The position numbers and the translations under genes were made by a program. Shown here in pieces: positions 23,189 to 23,262 of a stretch of 23,262 nucleotides of DNA. Within the stretch, counting starts at the first letter, position 1; the number at the start of each line of letters is the position of its first letter. The DNA is from Salpingoeca rosetta. Its lineage: Eukaryota > Protista > Choanoflagellata. The notes beneath the pieces are model-generated. The model did not search any database. It saw nothing but the letters and a program-made list of their open reading frames with translations, and had not been told where the DNA came from. Location of the stretch: NCBI GenBank assembly GCA_033442325.1, contig JAWQFM010000029.1, positions 128,610-151,871 of the forward strand, given 5' to 3'.

Positions 23189-23262
<74 letters not shown>
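23189..23262. repeat. (GA)n microsatellite to the window edge (intronic (CT)n of the rhomboid gene)
   Basis: Seen directly. Confidence 0.9.

Overview
Eukaryotic, intron-dense, GC-rich genomic window in which almost every intron is filled with (GT)n/(AC)n microsatellites. This style and the gene content suggest a unicellular holozoan such as a Salpingoeca-like choanoflagellate; the taxon is my inference and was not verified. Most of the supplied six-frame ORFs are microsatellite artefacts (CVCV/HTHT). Manual splicing (GT/GC-AG, phase-checked) gives seven genes. (1) An 11-exon Pro/Gly- and RS-rich protein (-, 560-4362). (2) A FOPNL/FOR20/CEP20 basal-body LisH protein (-, 4939-6345). (3, 4) A tandem pair of carbonyl-reductase-like SDRs (+, 6643-7947 and 8327-9813). 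(5) An FBXL4 orthologue with a large acidic, internally repeated N-terminal extension (+, 10289-18282), spanning a 100-N gap. (6) An SPFH/band-7 protein of a subfamily best known from bacteria (-, 18946-21368). (7) The 3' part of an RHBDD1/RHBDL4-like rhomboid protease (-, 21904 to beyond the window). The most striking unexplained structure is a transcript-sense polarity seen on both strands: G/T repeats follow exons and A/C repeats precede them, often replacing the polypyrimidine tract. No RNA genes, CRISPR arrays or transposons were recognised.
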